Part shown: positions 46,578 to 58,395 of the stretch, in pieces
How the letters are laid out: each line of letters begins with the position of its first letter
Numbering within the stretch: the first letter of the stretch is position 1
Origin: Massalongia carnosa
Taxonomy: Eukaryota
Length of the DNA stretch: 64,000 nucleotides
Direction: 5' to 3'
Assembly: GCA_965645245.1 (NCBI GenBank)
Contig: OZ287067.1
Location: 1-64,000, forward strand
The notes under the pieces: model-generated
Told to the model about the DNA's origin: nothing
The model's input: only the letters and a program-made list of their open reading frames with translations
The model's database searches: none
Translations under genes and position numbers: made by a program

Positions 46578-47756
46578 ATGGCCGAAGCATCGCCCCCGTC
46601 CCCATACATCGTTCCAACTCCTCCCGTTTCCGTGGGTTCTGCGGAAAATTTGTTGTCCGCAGTTCAATCTAATCCCATAACCTGGTATGAGTATATGCAG
46701 CGCCTGGATCTATTCGCCCACGATGCCAGTACGCATCTGGATACCAATGATCGCGATTTAGCAGAGGCGAATCACGCGATCCTAGATTTGAACAACAGAC
46801 TGGCTGGCAGTAACGCGATAGCTGCCGAGCTTCGTGAACAAATACGATCCGCCCCCACCGCAGTCGCACATTCATCTCCGCGTTCAGAGAAACATCCTGA
46901 TCCGCCTATGTACGGCGGAGACACAGCCGAATTACGCACATGGACTACTCAGCTGCGTCTGAAACTCTTGATGAACGCAGATCGATACCCCACCATGCCA
47001 GGAAAATTAGCGTACGCGATAAGTCGTCTCAAGGATACGGCCTTGTATCAGATACGTCCTTATATCAAGGATGACGACACTATCGATCTGCGCGATGTTA
47101 GCGAGCTGATTACCAAGCTGGAGCTGGCCTTCGGTGATCCGGACAGAAAGGCCACCGCACAGCGAGAACTTCGTCGCCTCCAGCAAGCAAACCGAGAATT
47201 CCTTGTATATCTGGCCGAGTATCAGCGGTTGATCCCCGATACTGGATACAACGAAGAGGCGAAACGATCGATCCTGCTAGAAGGCATTAGTAATGAGCTA
47301 AAAAGCGCCATCCTGACGTTTGATCTTCCGACCGACCTAGACGAGGTCATTCAGATTCTCCAGAAGATCGACAACCGCTACCGCGCCACCCAGGCCTCCA
47401 TCCGCAAAGCTGGGACTGTCTTTAGCAACACATCACGATCTAGCTCTGCACCCACTATCGCCGCTGTCAGCAAACCCACACCCGCTCCCGCTCCCACCGT
47501 CACCACCACCACCAAAATCTCCGCACCCCCCTCCTCTGACGCCATGGATCTATCAGTATCTCGTCATCGAGGCCCTCTTACCCCCGCCGAGAAATCACGA
47601 AGAATGAACGAAGGATTGTGCATGTATTGCGGGGGATCTGGACATTTTGCGCAATCCTGCCCGCTATCCTCGTCCAAAACACGCCCGCGATTCCAAGTCT
47701 CTGAAATGGAACAGAAGACTGTTGATTTGGGGGGAAAAGTACAGTCTCCGAACTAA
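46578..47756 (+). CDS. Gypsy-B Gag
   Basis: Intact 392-aa ORF with CMYCGGSGHFAQSC, clearly homologous to Gypsy-A Gag. Confidence 0.92.
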   Translation: MAEASPPSPYIVPTPPVSVGSAENLLSAVQSNPITWYEYMQRLDLFAHDASTHLDTNDRDLAEANHAILDLNNRLAGSNAIAAELREQIRSAPTAVAHSSPRSEKHPDPPMYGGDTAELRTWTTQLRLKLLMNADRYPTMPGKLAYAISRLKDTALYQIRPYIKDDDTIDLRDVSELITKLELAFGDPDRKATAQRELRRLQQANREFLVYLAEYQRLIPDTGYNEEAKRSILLEGISNELKSAILTFDLPTDLDEVIQILQKIDNRYRATQASIRKAGTVFSNTSRSSSAPTIAAVSKPTPAPAPTVTTTTKISAPPSSDAMDLSVSRHRGPLTPAEKSRRMNEGLCMYCGGSGHFAQSCPLSSSKTRPRFQVSEMEQKTVDLGGKVQSPN

Positions 47757-50700
47757 GTCGCGTTCGGAGACCAACACGGAACAAGTGTATTTCAATATCA
47801 GCATTTTCCTTGTCCACCAAACCTTTGCCAGAAGAAGAATTAGATGGCAAACATTTGGTGATATCAATGATTGTATCCATAGGTAATCGTCAAATAAAGA
47901 CCTATGCACTAGTTGACTGTGGAGCATCTGGTTTTGCTTTTATTGACTCTTCGTTCGCGCGCCGTCATTCCCTGCCCCTATCCCCCTTGAAGCAATCTCG
48001 TATCCTCGAATTAGCCGATGGACAACCCATCTCCTCTGGTGAAATCACTCACCTAGCCAAGTTACGTCTTCAAATCGCCACGCATTCCGAGCCCGCCAAC
48101 CTTCTCGTCACCAATTTGGGCCACTACCCCATCGTTCTAGGGATCAAGTGGCTACAGATACACGACACTAGCATACGATGGGCTGGAAACACTCTCTCGT
48201 TCACGTCACCATACTGTCTTCAGCACTGCCTCGAGAATCATGAACCCAACACTGTCGTCGGAATAAGCAACGTTCCAGAACTTAGTGCAGAGAAGGAGCA
48301 CCCCGCCGCAGTCATGAAAGTCACTAGTCCGGAACAACGAACATCCGCTTCAGACCAGCCCGGCCGGTCTGAAGGAAAGGGCGCTAAATTGAAGAGGTCT
48401 AGCGCTCCCTCTTTCGACCAATCAGATCCAGACCCAAGACCCAAGACCCCGCCCGAGACCGAGAAACCTGAGACCGAGAAACCTGAGACCGAGAAACCCG
48501 AGATCAAGAAACCCCTGAATATCTGCATGATAGGAGCCGCCCCTTTTGTCCGTCTTGCACGGAAAAAGGACTGCGAACTATTTACCGTGAACCTTAGAGA
48601 CATTGAACGAGCCCTGACCCCGAAACCGGAAGTTGATCCCGCTACAATATTGCCGCCGGAGTATCACGAATTTCTTGATGTATTTTCCAAGAAGACTGCC
48701 CGAACGCCGTAGCTATGACCACACTATTCCGCTGATGGAAGGGAAAGAACCCACGTAGGGACCCTTGTATGGCATGAGCCGAGATGAATTGCTGGTACTG
48801 CAGAAGTATCTTACCGAGAATTTGGAGACAGGATTTATTCGTTCAAGTTCTTCCCCCGCCGCGTCCCCAGTACTGTTTGTCAAAAAGCCGGGCGGAGGCC
48901 TGCGCTTTTGCGTTGATTATAGAGCATTGAACGCTAAGACTATCAAAAACAGATATCCCCTGCCCCTGATCAGAGAAACTCTAGACCGCCTGAGTAAAGC
49001 ATGCATTTTTACTAAGCTAGATATAGTCGCCGCATTCAATCGCCTTCGTATGGCCTATGGAGAGGAGTGGAAAACCGCCTTTCGGACAAGATACGGTTTG
49101 TTTGAATATCTCGTTATGCCCTTCGGTCTCGCCAATGCACCCAGTTCGTTTCAGCATTATATCAATGATGTTTTACGAGAAATATCTCGATATAGTCTGT
49201 ACCGCTTATATCGACGATATATTAATCTACAGTAGTTCCATGAAAGAACATAAGGGTCATGTCACCAAAGTTTTGAAGGCTCTGCAAAAAGCGGGGTTAC
49301 AACTGGATATTTCGAAATGCGAATTCCATGTAACGGAGACAATATATCTTGGATTTATTGTTTCGGATAAAGGCATAAAAATGGACCCTAAGAAAATAGA
49401 GACCATAAAGAACTGGAATACCCCGGAGAACCTCAAGGATGTGCAGGCGTTTATAGGATTTGCGAATTTCTACAGACGGTTTGTGAAATCCTTTTCAAAG
49501 ATCGCTGCCCCCCCCACCGCTATGTCCAAAAAGATTACGCCATTCGTGTGGACCTAAGAGTGTGCAAAGGCCTTTAAAATCTTAAAGGATGTGTTCTCCA
49601 GTGACACCATACTAATTAATTTCGACCCCGATAAGGAAAGCATAGTGGAAACAGATTCTTCCGACTATGTAAGCGCAGGAGTACTATCGCAGTATGAGGT
49701 AGAGGGTGTACTTAAACCAGTAGCCTTCTTTTCCAAAAGACTATCGCCAGCGGAGTGTAATTATGAAATCTATGATAAAGAACTTCTGGCCATTATCAGA
49801 GCTTTTGAAGAATGGAGACCCGAATTGCAAGGAGCAGCACATCCAGTAAAGGTAATAACAGACCATAAGAATCTCGAGTACTTCACTACCACCAAGCAAC
49901 TCAGCAGGAGCCAGGCAAGATGGGCCGAATTTTTATCACGATTCGACTTTAAGATAGGTTACAGACCAGGGAAACAAGGAGAAAAACCAGATTCTTTGAC
50001 TAGAAGATCAGGAGATCTTCCTAAAGAGGGGGACCTGAGACTGGAACATCAGAATCAGGTGGTACTAAAACCCCATAATTTCGAACTTCTGGCTAATAAT
50101 CTGCTTCGCCTGACCGATATTACCAACGATGACGCTGATACGGATAATGATCTAGAAACCGAACATGAAGACTCCGAGAAATCTATCGAGGAATTGATGA
50201 ATCAAGGATACGAGCTGGACCCATTCCCCAATAGCATTTTGACTCTTCTTCGAAACGGTGCTAGCCATAGCAAGGATATAACTCTGGCCGAATGCGAAGA
50301 CCGAGATGGGAGACTATATTACCGCGAACGCCTATACGTACCCGATTTCCATGATTTGAGACTCAGACTATGCAAGGAACACCACGATAGCCCTGTCGCC
50401 GGACATCCCGGTAGAGCCAAAACTTTCGGTTTGCTATCTCGAACTTATTATTGGCCCCAGTACCATCATTTCGTAGCACGATACGTACAGAACTGTCACG
50501 TATGTTCTCGTAGCAAAGCTTCCCGTCATCCAAAGTACGGTGTGTTAAGACCTCTGCCCATTCCTCAGCAACGCTGGAGAGATATTTCCATGGACTTTGT
50601 AAGCGGCATTCCCGAATCCGGTAGTGACAAGAAAGACGCAATCCTGGTTTAGTTGATCGACTCACCAAGATGAAGCATTACATACCGTGCAAAGAGACTA

Positions 50701-51668
50701 CCAACGCTCACGAGTTAGCCAAGTTGTATCTGCAGAATGTATGGAAATTACACGGCCTGCCCGAATCAATAGTCTCGGATCGCGGAGGGCAGTTCATCTC
50801 GGAATTCTGGAAGGCTCTATGTGAAAGACTAGGAATTAAGTCGGCCCTATCCACATCCTTTCACCCGGAGACAGATGGCCAGACGGAACGATTCAATGCA
50901 GTCATGGAATCATATTTAAGAGGCTACGTAAATTACATGCAAGATGACTGGGAAGAATGGCTACCAATGGCAGAGTTCATTAGCAACAATGTTGATTCCG
51001 AGACCACTACGACAAGTCCCTTTTTAGCGAATTATGGCTTCCACCCCCGTCTAGATTTCGAACCTCTCTCTCGCACCAACAACTCCCCAGAGCTCACCAA
51101 TGCTGATGAGTTTGCTACCAAGATGGAAGAGATTAATGCCCACCTTCAAAATGAAATGCGATTGGCTCAAGCTCGGTATGAATCCACTGCTAATTATCAT
51201 AGAACCCCCGCACCGTCGTTTCGCGTAGGAGACGAAGTCTGGTTGAATGCTAAGAACATCAAAACCAAGCGACCTTCTAAAAAGCTGAATTGGAAGAAGT
51301 TAGGAAGATTTACCATCAAGCGAGTAGTAAGTAAGTATGCTTACGAACTTGATCTCCCTACCTCTATGAAAATACACCCTGTATTCCACGTTTCTCTGCT
51401 AGAGCCGGTTGCTCAGAACCCACACGATGGCCAAATTCCTCCACCTGCCCCGCCGGTTGAAGTTGAAGGTGAAGAAGAGTGGGAGGTGGAGAGTATTCTT
51501 GATTCGAGATTTTTCCGAAGACGACTGCAATATCTTGTTAAGTGGGCCGGCCATGACGCACCTAGTTGGAATGAAGAAAAGGACATCACTCACTGCGAAG
51601 ATTTATTACGAGAATATCACCAACTGAGGCCTACCAAACCTAGAGGTTCTCGCGGAGCTCGAACCTAA
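47732..51668 (+). pseudogene. Gypsy-B Pol (PR-RT-RH-INT-chromodomain), disrupted
   Basis: Five ORF fragments homologous to Gypsy-A Pol, separated by stops and frameshifts. Confidence 0.93.
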
Positions 51669-51978
51669 AGAGGAGACCTGATGTCACGGTACTGCCTCGC
51701 TAGCACCCGAATCGAGTCACGGCACTAAGGCTTGAATGATAAGCGAGGGCTAGGCTCAGCATGGTTAGCGAGATCAACGGAAAGATTATATCTTTGCTTT
51801 CGCTGTTGAGATTTTCTTTCTTCCTTGTCGAACGTCTTGTAAATATCCGATAGCCTACATATAGCAAAGACTTCGTACCACCTGATCTTATCTCATTGAG
51901 TCCTTCTCGTCACAGATATTCCCTACACCAAAATCCTAACATATTTTTATAATTTGGTAGACATCTATAGAAATTATT

Positions 51979-53868
51979 ATGCCTCCAAATAGACGGAGTA
52001 AAAAGGGACCAGTTAACCAAGTTTTGCCGCCGGCGCCGACTCGGGGGGGTCGTCGCCGCCAAGTTCCTGCTCGCCTACGAAGCTCGCCCACCCCTCTTGG
52101 TCCTAACCCTCAAGCCCCGCTCCAGGGTGCACGCCGTCCCCATGAGAGCCCTCCTCCTAATCCTCCTAACCCTCCTTCTTCTCCTCCTGTCGGCGCCCGT
52201 CTTCCAGCCCCTCCATTGTTTCCTCCCTTAGATGCTCGACCTCGACCCCCCCCGGTTCCACGCCGCCCGAGTGCGCGTGACGACCATACACCGGTATTCA
52301 CCATGAAAACGCCCAAGATTCCCGGCAATACTCGCGAGGGGAAGGCGGAGCGTGTGTTATGGCGTGCACATTTGGAGAGAAGCAAGGAGGCCGCCGCGCG
52401 AGCAAGAGCGAGACGAGATAGGGAGGATGAAGAATGGGAAGCGGAGGTCAATCAATTCGGGGAACCGGAAGCCCGACGACGACGACTGGAAGAAATAGAG
52501 GTTAATAAAGAATTAGACAAATTGACTATATCGAGCATTGAGGAAGATGAGGCCGAAGATCTAGTATCCGATCCTATGTTGACCGTTCATGCTAGACTTC
52601 GTGTCAATGGTAGAGTTATATGGACCTCATCGCTAGGTTCTAAAAAACGAAGCGTTTTCAGTATATGGGATTTCGAACAGACATTGGAGACTGAGATTGA
52701 GAAAAGGAGCGGGCATACTAAAGGATGGACGACGACCTCCATCGTCGTCATTATTAAGGCCATTCATAGTCGGGCCAGGAATGTCCATCAAACCATTGAT
52801 AATTATACTGAGACTGAATGGGAAAAGGTTCTAATTGTCATTGATGATGAATCTCGTAAATGGAAGCCAGATATCACTATTAAGATCGAAATTTCGATGG
52901 AAGAACCGAAGCAATCAAATCCCCCTGACATATTACTAGATGCAACTGAATCATCTACTATTATTACTACACCTACCGGCCGAAGGACTAGAACTCATCA
53001 ATTATTAGAACGTCAACGAGATCAAGGTGAGATCCTTATTAATGCAGGTGAATTTGATAGACAATTGGTGAATCGATGGGTTTGTCACGCTGCTCGATGT
53101 ACGAATCAAAATAACTTCTGTTTCGTTGATGAAGATGGGCTTCATTATGATCTTTCTCATACATTGCAAAGAGATTGGGCTAAGGCTCTCGCTCGTGGCG
53201 ACATCAGTGCTTCCCTAGATAATCCACTACCAACATTGTATAGGTTCATACTACGACAGGGCCGGTGGGTCTCAATTCTAGGAAGACGAGAATACAGAAA
53301 GGACGGGAGGATTCCAGAAAAGATCGCGATGAGACGAAAAGCTTCATGGGTGAAATGATGCAATTCACAAAGCTATCGATGGAAATGCGTATGCAGGAAT
53401 CGATGATGGACCAAATAGAAAGAATGGGTGAAAGAATGAGTAATGTTCGTCGCCCCCCTCCCCCTTTCTCAACCATCATCTTCTTCGGTCCCCGAACCCA
53501 TCATCCCCCCACCCCCTGCGGCACCAAGGCCTCGCTCGAAACCGTTGACTAGGTCAAGCCCCATATGCAACCCCGAGGATGAGGAGTTTGCTATAGAGGA
53601 TTTCCTCAATTGGAAAGGGGAGGCATTGCAGAGTCAAAGAGCCAAGGATAGATGGAATGGGGTTAAGGAGATTGTTCAAAATGAGATGTGGTCTTTGGAG
53701 GATTTGAGAGATATGTCAGAAACGAGCTCACATATATATAACGGGCTATTCAACTGGGCATACCTGATGGATGGGCACGAGCATTCAGAACTGATCTCCG
53801 TACATTCAAACCTCAATGGCGACATAGAGTTGATGAGGGGGATGTGCCATAGGAAGAGGTGGGAATAA
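51979..53868 (+). pseudogene. Unknown protein carried by the Tc1-like element (Pro-rich N-terminus, Cys/His motif), frameshifted
   Basis: ORFs 51979-53358, 53265-53552 and 53443-53868 overlap in series; motif RWVCHAARCTNQNNFCF...HYDL...W. Confidence 0.7.
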
Positions 53869-53977
53869 TTGGCTATATAGGTCGGGTTGGAAGGGTTGGA
53901 AGGATTATGCGTTTATGGATATTCGGGGTTAATTGATATCTTTTTTCATGCTTATTGTCACGATTCAACCACATCCG

Positions 53978-54194
53978 ATCGGTCCTCCTCTTTCTACACC
54001 ATCGGTCCTCCTCTTTCTACACCATCGGTCCTCCTCTTTCTACACCATCGGTCCTCCTCTTTCTACACCATCGGTCCTCCTCTTTCTACACCATCGGTCC
54101 TCCTCTTTCTACACCATCGGTCCTCCTCTTTCTACACCATCGGTCCTCCTCTTTCTACACCATCGGTCCTCCTCTTTCTACACCATCGGTCCTC
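53978..54194 (+). repeat. 23-bp minisatellite, 9 perfect copies plus a partial
   Basis: (atcggtcctcctctttctacacc)9 atcggtcctc. Confidence 0.97.
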
Positions 54195-54341
54195 ACCGTG
54201 GGGCGACCGTCAAACATATAGATTTGCTCCTATCTCTTCGCATCAAAACAATGCTAGCTGTCACCTCAAGAAAAATCTATCTCGGAGCAGAATAACAATA
54301 TCCCATTTAATAGGCCCGGCCTGTTAAATAAAATCGAGGAA

Positions 54342-54476
54342 AACACAGAGTCACAAAACACATAGTCATCAATCACACGTTGTACAAAGCACACAGTCAC
54401 AAAGCACACAGTCACAAACATACAGTCACAAACACACAGTCACAAAACACACAGTCACAAAAAACACAGTCACAAA
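54342..54476 (+). repeat. Imperfect 14-16-bp tandem repeat (acacagtcacaaa)
   Basis: About 8 copies with variable A-runs. Confidence 0.88.
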
Positions 54477-54690
54477 TTAATAACACGTCCCTGTGAAGGG
54501 GGTTCTGCGGGGGCTCGTTAAGACAGATCTGCACCCCGTTAATATCGGAGTACATATTTTTAGAGGTTCAAGTCCTTTCTAGCAGTCATCAGCTGAAAAC
54601 AATGTATTTTGACACGGGCATGGTGTGGATTTGACACGGGTAGACCTCGATGGATCACAAAACGAATGAAAAGAGTTCAGCGGAACTTCG

Positions 54691-57600
54691 TTAATATTGT
54701 TCTCGAAGACCTCGTTTCCGCAACTTTTCTCTTTGTTTCAGCATGTTCACCGCTCGAAGGCCAGCTGCTGGGGTCTCGCTCTCCCTTGCTTCGAGAATAC
54801 TATCTTCCCACTTTGGGGCTTCCCCGAACATTGCTTCGAACGGTGTCATGTTGATGACGCTGTGCAAGCTATTGTTGTAAGCAAACTCAGCCATTGGTAA
54901 CCAATATAACCAGTCATCTTGCTGATAGTTCACATAACACCTCAGGTACTGTTCTAAGGTTTGGTTTTGTCTCTCCGTCTGCCCATCGGTTTGAGGATGG
55001 AAGGCTGTGCTATAATTGAGCCGTACTCGGAGGTAATAACAGAAGTGCGACCAGAATTTGGAGGTGAAAAGACTTCCCCGATCTGTTACAATCGACAATG
55101 GCATACCGAATTTGGTAAATATTTCTTCGACAAGGACATCGCTCATGTTCTCAGCTTCCCAGTCCTTTCGTGCGGGTATGTAGCGAGAGAATTTCGTATA
55201 CCTGTCTATCGTTACCAGGATAGAGTCATAAACTTGCCCCCGCCGAATACTTGGCGGAAGGTCGGTTATAAAGTCCATTGTCCAATTTTGTCTAGGTCCT
55301 TGGGGGATTGGCAACGACACCAATTCTCCGTAAGGCTTATGTCTTGGAGCCTTGACCTGATGACAACGAGTACAGGTTTCGACATAACTTTTGATGTCTC
55401 TTCGCATTTTAGGCCAGTAGTATTTTCTTTGAATTAATTCCACTGTCCGCCTAACTCCAAAGTGGCCCGCATTGGGGTCGTCATGATTCTGTCGCAGTAG
55501 CGCTTCTCTCAATATGCCTGAAGGTACGTACCATTTATTGTCTCTGCATAAAAGGCCGTCTTCTATATGCCAAAGGTTTTCTTTGTCTTTATTATCTCCC
55601 CGCGGTTTCCCTTCCAATGCCAGGGTATCTACCTGCGAGTGACTTTGGACACCTTTGTTGACTTCCAGCGTTCCATACAAACTCTCCCTCTTGTGTTGCT
55701 CCCACTGTGCCGACGAGGCGGCAAGGGGCCGTCTCTGCTGCGCGAGTTGATCAGACTCTTGCAGTGCCAGAAGGACGGTGCGTAACTCGAGCGGTGGAGC
55801 AGTAAAGGCTGAGTCCTTCTCTGAAACTTCCTTTGATTGTTCTAGAGAAATTCGAGACTCCTTCTCGGATGTCTCCACGAGTTGGAACTCTGTAGGCTTC
55901 GAATCGGCCTTTCCCTCGTCCAGTTTAGGTGAAGACTTTCTCTTCTCCTTAACTCTTCTTACTGCTCCAAGAACCTCGAGAGTTTCATTCTCAGTCCCTT
56001 CAGTAGCCAGCAAGGAACGCGCGCTTGGACCATTTTCGGTCTCATCAACGGAAGAGTCCCCTGATTCATAATCAGTTCCGTTAACAGATTCAGGTTCTAT
56101 GAATCCATGCACAATTGTGCTATCAACAGTGGGCTCCCATTCCATAACATTTCCCCTAGGAGCAGTTACAGGGATGCCGGTTATCGACGCAACCACCCAC
56201 TTCTTCGTCTCGAACTTTTCTTCGAGTTTCTCTGTCCCCTGTCGAATACTCAGAGGCTCCCCTGCTTCACTGGAAACTACTGCACCGACTTGATGAGACA
56301 AGTTGGGTTCATTTCCAGCATAGTCTGGACGCCTTGAAGGCCCGTCCGCAGGATTATAGCGCCCTGGTCGGTATTCAATTACCAAGTCGAGACTAGAGAG
56401 TCTCTCCCACCATCGCGCTTCTCTTCGCGATAAATTCATGGTGGTGAGAAACGTACGAAGGTTGCAGTGATCGGTGATCACACGAATGGGATGCATTGCC
56501 CCTTCAAGATAGTGTCGCCATTGCTTGCATGCTTCGACGATCGCTAACATCTCAGTTTCGCCCACTCCATAATTGAGTTCAGCTGGGGCCATTTTCCTTG
56601 ACCAAAAGGCGATAGGATGCCAGCGTCCGGATTCTTCGACTAACTGTGATATAATTGCAGAAATCGCGACTCCTGAGGCGTCCGTTTCTAATTGGATTTT
56701 CCTCTTCGGGTCGAAGTGCAATAGCATGGGAGCAGTCGTGAAAACAAGTTTTAATTTTTCGAAGGATTCCTTGGCTTCCTTTGTGAACGTAAACTGGCCG
56801 TCGAATTTACCCCTTTTTCCTCCTTTGAGAAGGGTAGTAAGGGCAGTTACTATCCGCGAAAACCCGTCTATAAATCGTCTATAGAAGTTCGCAAAACCCA
56901 AGAAGACTTGTACGTCTCTATGATTTTTGGGTTCTGGCCAGTTTGTTATCGTCGTTATGCGAGAGGGGTCCATTCTTATGCCCGTTGGAGTCAAAATAAA
57001 TCCTAAGTATTCAATCTCGGACTTATCGAAAAGGCATTTGGAGAGTTTCGCATGCAGATTATATTTCCGAAGCTTCTCGAGTATCATTCGAACGTGATTT
57101 GCATGCTCTTCGATTTTTTTAGAAAACACCAAAATATCGTCCAGATACACTACTACGAATACGTCCAGGTATTCCCTTAGAGCTTCGTAAATATACGCCT
57201 GAAACGTGGCAGGTGCATTCGCTAACCCAAAAGGCATTACTAGATATTCGTAGTGACCGTACCTGCATCTGAACGCGGTCTTCCATTCGTCGCCGGCTCT
57301 AATGCGTATAGAGTTGAAGGCGTCCCGAATGTCGAATTTGGTAAAGATCAGCGCTCCTATCAACACTTCAACTAATCCTTGAATTAATGGGAGTGGATAA
57401 CGGTTTTTGATCGTTACTGCATTAAGACCTCGATAATCGACGCATAGTCGCAGGCCACCATCTTTTTTCTTCGCGAATAATATTGGTGCTCCAGCCGAGG
57501 ACTTGCTTGGAACTATGTAACCTTTAGCTAATTGCTCGTCCAAATACTCACGGAGTGCATTTAATTCTGTCAGTGATAAATTATAAATAGGCCCGAAGGG

Positions 57601-58395
57601 AATGTTTCCTTCGGTCTCAATCGCATGTTCATGAGGTCCATGTTCCGGTAGTTTATGTGCTTTCTCTTTGGAGAACACATCACTATAGCCGGCATATTTG
57701 GAAGGGATTTCAGTTGGTACTTCAGTCACAGAACCAATTACTGTTCCCGTTTGGTCGAGATCTTGAACATTTAGAAGAAATGCTTGTATTCCCTCTTCTA
57801 CGCACAGCCTTCGTATCCCCTGGGAGTCCACTACCGCTATATCTGGATGACTATTGGAAGTATTACTTCGAGGGACTTGTGTCCGCTCGACTACAGGCTC
57901 ACCAGTCTCAAGGTCATAGACCTCATGCAGACGCGCCTGACCGTCCTCGTTTTCCGATGGACGAACATGGAACAATTTGCGCTCATGCCAGCGGATAACC
58001 GGGTCAACCTGATCTAGCCAGGGCATTCCCAGTATCATATCAACGCCAAACATGTCAGCACCCACGAACGTTTGATCCGCTCGTACCTCTACACCCTTAT
58101 CATCAACGACTCCAACTTGTAGAGTGTGATTATGATAAGTTTGTAGAGGCGTTCCATCCAGTGTCTTCAATTCCGACGGCGGTGGGGACTCGACAGGGAT
58201 TCGTAAGGCAGCCTCCTTCACCTTTATTTGGGAAAGGAAATTCCAAGTAGAACCGCAGTCGATCATAGCGCGTATTTGCAGAAGTACCTTGTCAATGTAT
58301 AATGTCACTACAGTGAATAGATGTTTTACCGTTTCACCTCTTTTTCTGCGAGCCAAAACAATTGAGGCAACATCGATTGGCTCTAGGCTTTTCCC
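54691..58395 (-). CDS. Gypsy-C Pol (PR-RT-RH-INT), open but truncated at the integrase C-terminus
   Basis: MIDCGST, YLDDILV, ETDASG, GHFG...CTRC, VTDRGSLF; no chromodomain and no 3' LTR. Confidence 0.9.
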   Translation of the reverse strand, partial: GKSLEPIDVASIVLARRKRGETVKHLFTVVTLYIDKVLLQIRAMIDCGSTWNFLSQIKVKEAALRIPVESPPPSELKTLDGTPLQTYHNHTLQVGVVDDKGVEVRADQTFVGADMFGVDMILGMPWLDQVDPVIRWHERKLFHVRPSENEDGQARLHEVYDLETGEPVVERTQVPRSNTSNSHPDIAVVDSQGIRRLCVEEGIQAFLLNVQDLDQTGTVIGSVTEVPTEIPSKYAGYSDVFSKEKAHKLPEHGPHEHAIETEGNIPFGPIYNLSLTELNALREYLDEQLAKGYIVPSKSSAGAPILFAKKKDGGLRLCVDYRGLNAVTIKNRYPLPLIQGLVEVLIGALIFTKFDIRDAFNSIRIRAGDEWKTAFRCRYGHYEYLVMPFGLANAPATFQAYIYEALREYLDVFVVVYLDDILVFSKKIEEHANHVRMILEKLRKYNLHAKLSKCLFDKSEIEYLGFILTPTGIRMDPSRITTITNWPEPKNHRDVQVFLGFANFYRRFIDGFSRIVTALTTLLKGGKRGKFDGQFTFTKEAKESFEKLKLVFTTAPMLLHFDPKRKIQLETDASGVAISAIISQLVEESGRWHPIAFWSRKMAPAELNYGVGETEMLAIVEACKQWRHYLEGAMHPIRVITDHCNLRTFLTTMNLSRREARWWERLSSLDLVIEYRPGRYNPADGPSRRPDYAGNEPNLSHQVGAVVSSEAGEPLSIRQGTEKLEEKFETKKWVVASITGIPVTAPRGNVMEWEPTVDSTIVHGFIEPESVNGTDYESGDSSVDETENGPSARSLLATEGTENETLEVLGAVRRVKEKRKSSPKLDEGKADSKPTEFQLVETSEKESRISLEQSKEVSEKDSAFTAPPLELRTVLLALQESDQLAQQRRPLAASSAQWEQHKRESLYGTLEVNKGVQSHSQVDTLALEGKPRGDNKDKENLWHIEDGLLCRDNKWYVPSGILREALLRQNHDDPNAGHFGVRRTVELIQRKYYWPKMRRDIKSYVETCTRCHQVKAPRHKPYGELVSLPIPQGPRQNWTMDFITDLPPSIRRGQVYDSILVTIDRYTKFSRYIPARKDWEAENMSDVLVEEIFTKFGMPLSIVTDRGSLFTSKFWSHFCYYLRVRLNYSTAFHPQTDGQTERQNQTLEQYLRCYVNYQQDDWLYWLPMAEFAYNNSLHSVINMTPFEAMFGEAPKWEDSILEARESETPAAGLRAVNMLKQREKLRKRGLREQY

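Larger units (their letters stand above)
46306..51914 (+). mobile_element. Full-length degenerate Ty3/gypsy chromovirus (Gypsy-B), a relative of Gypsy-A
   Basis: 233-bp LTRs at 46306-46538 and 51682-51914 with three mismatches; TSD GATAT. Confidence 0.96.

Noticed and set aside
52100..52190. CCTAACCCT telomere-like seeds (also at 29707-29780)
   Set aside because: They are isolated matches arising from Pro/Asn codons in a Pro-rich ORF.
53887..54327. Three overlapping repeat-protein ORFs
   Set aside because: Artefact of a stop-free 23-bp minisatellite.
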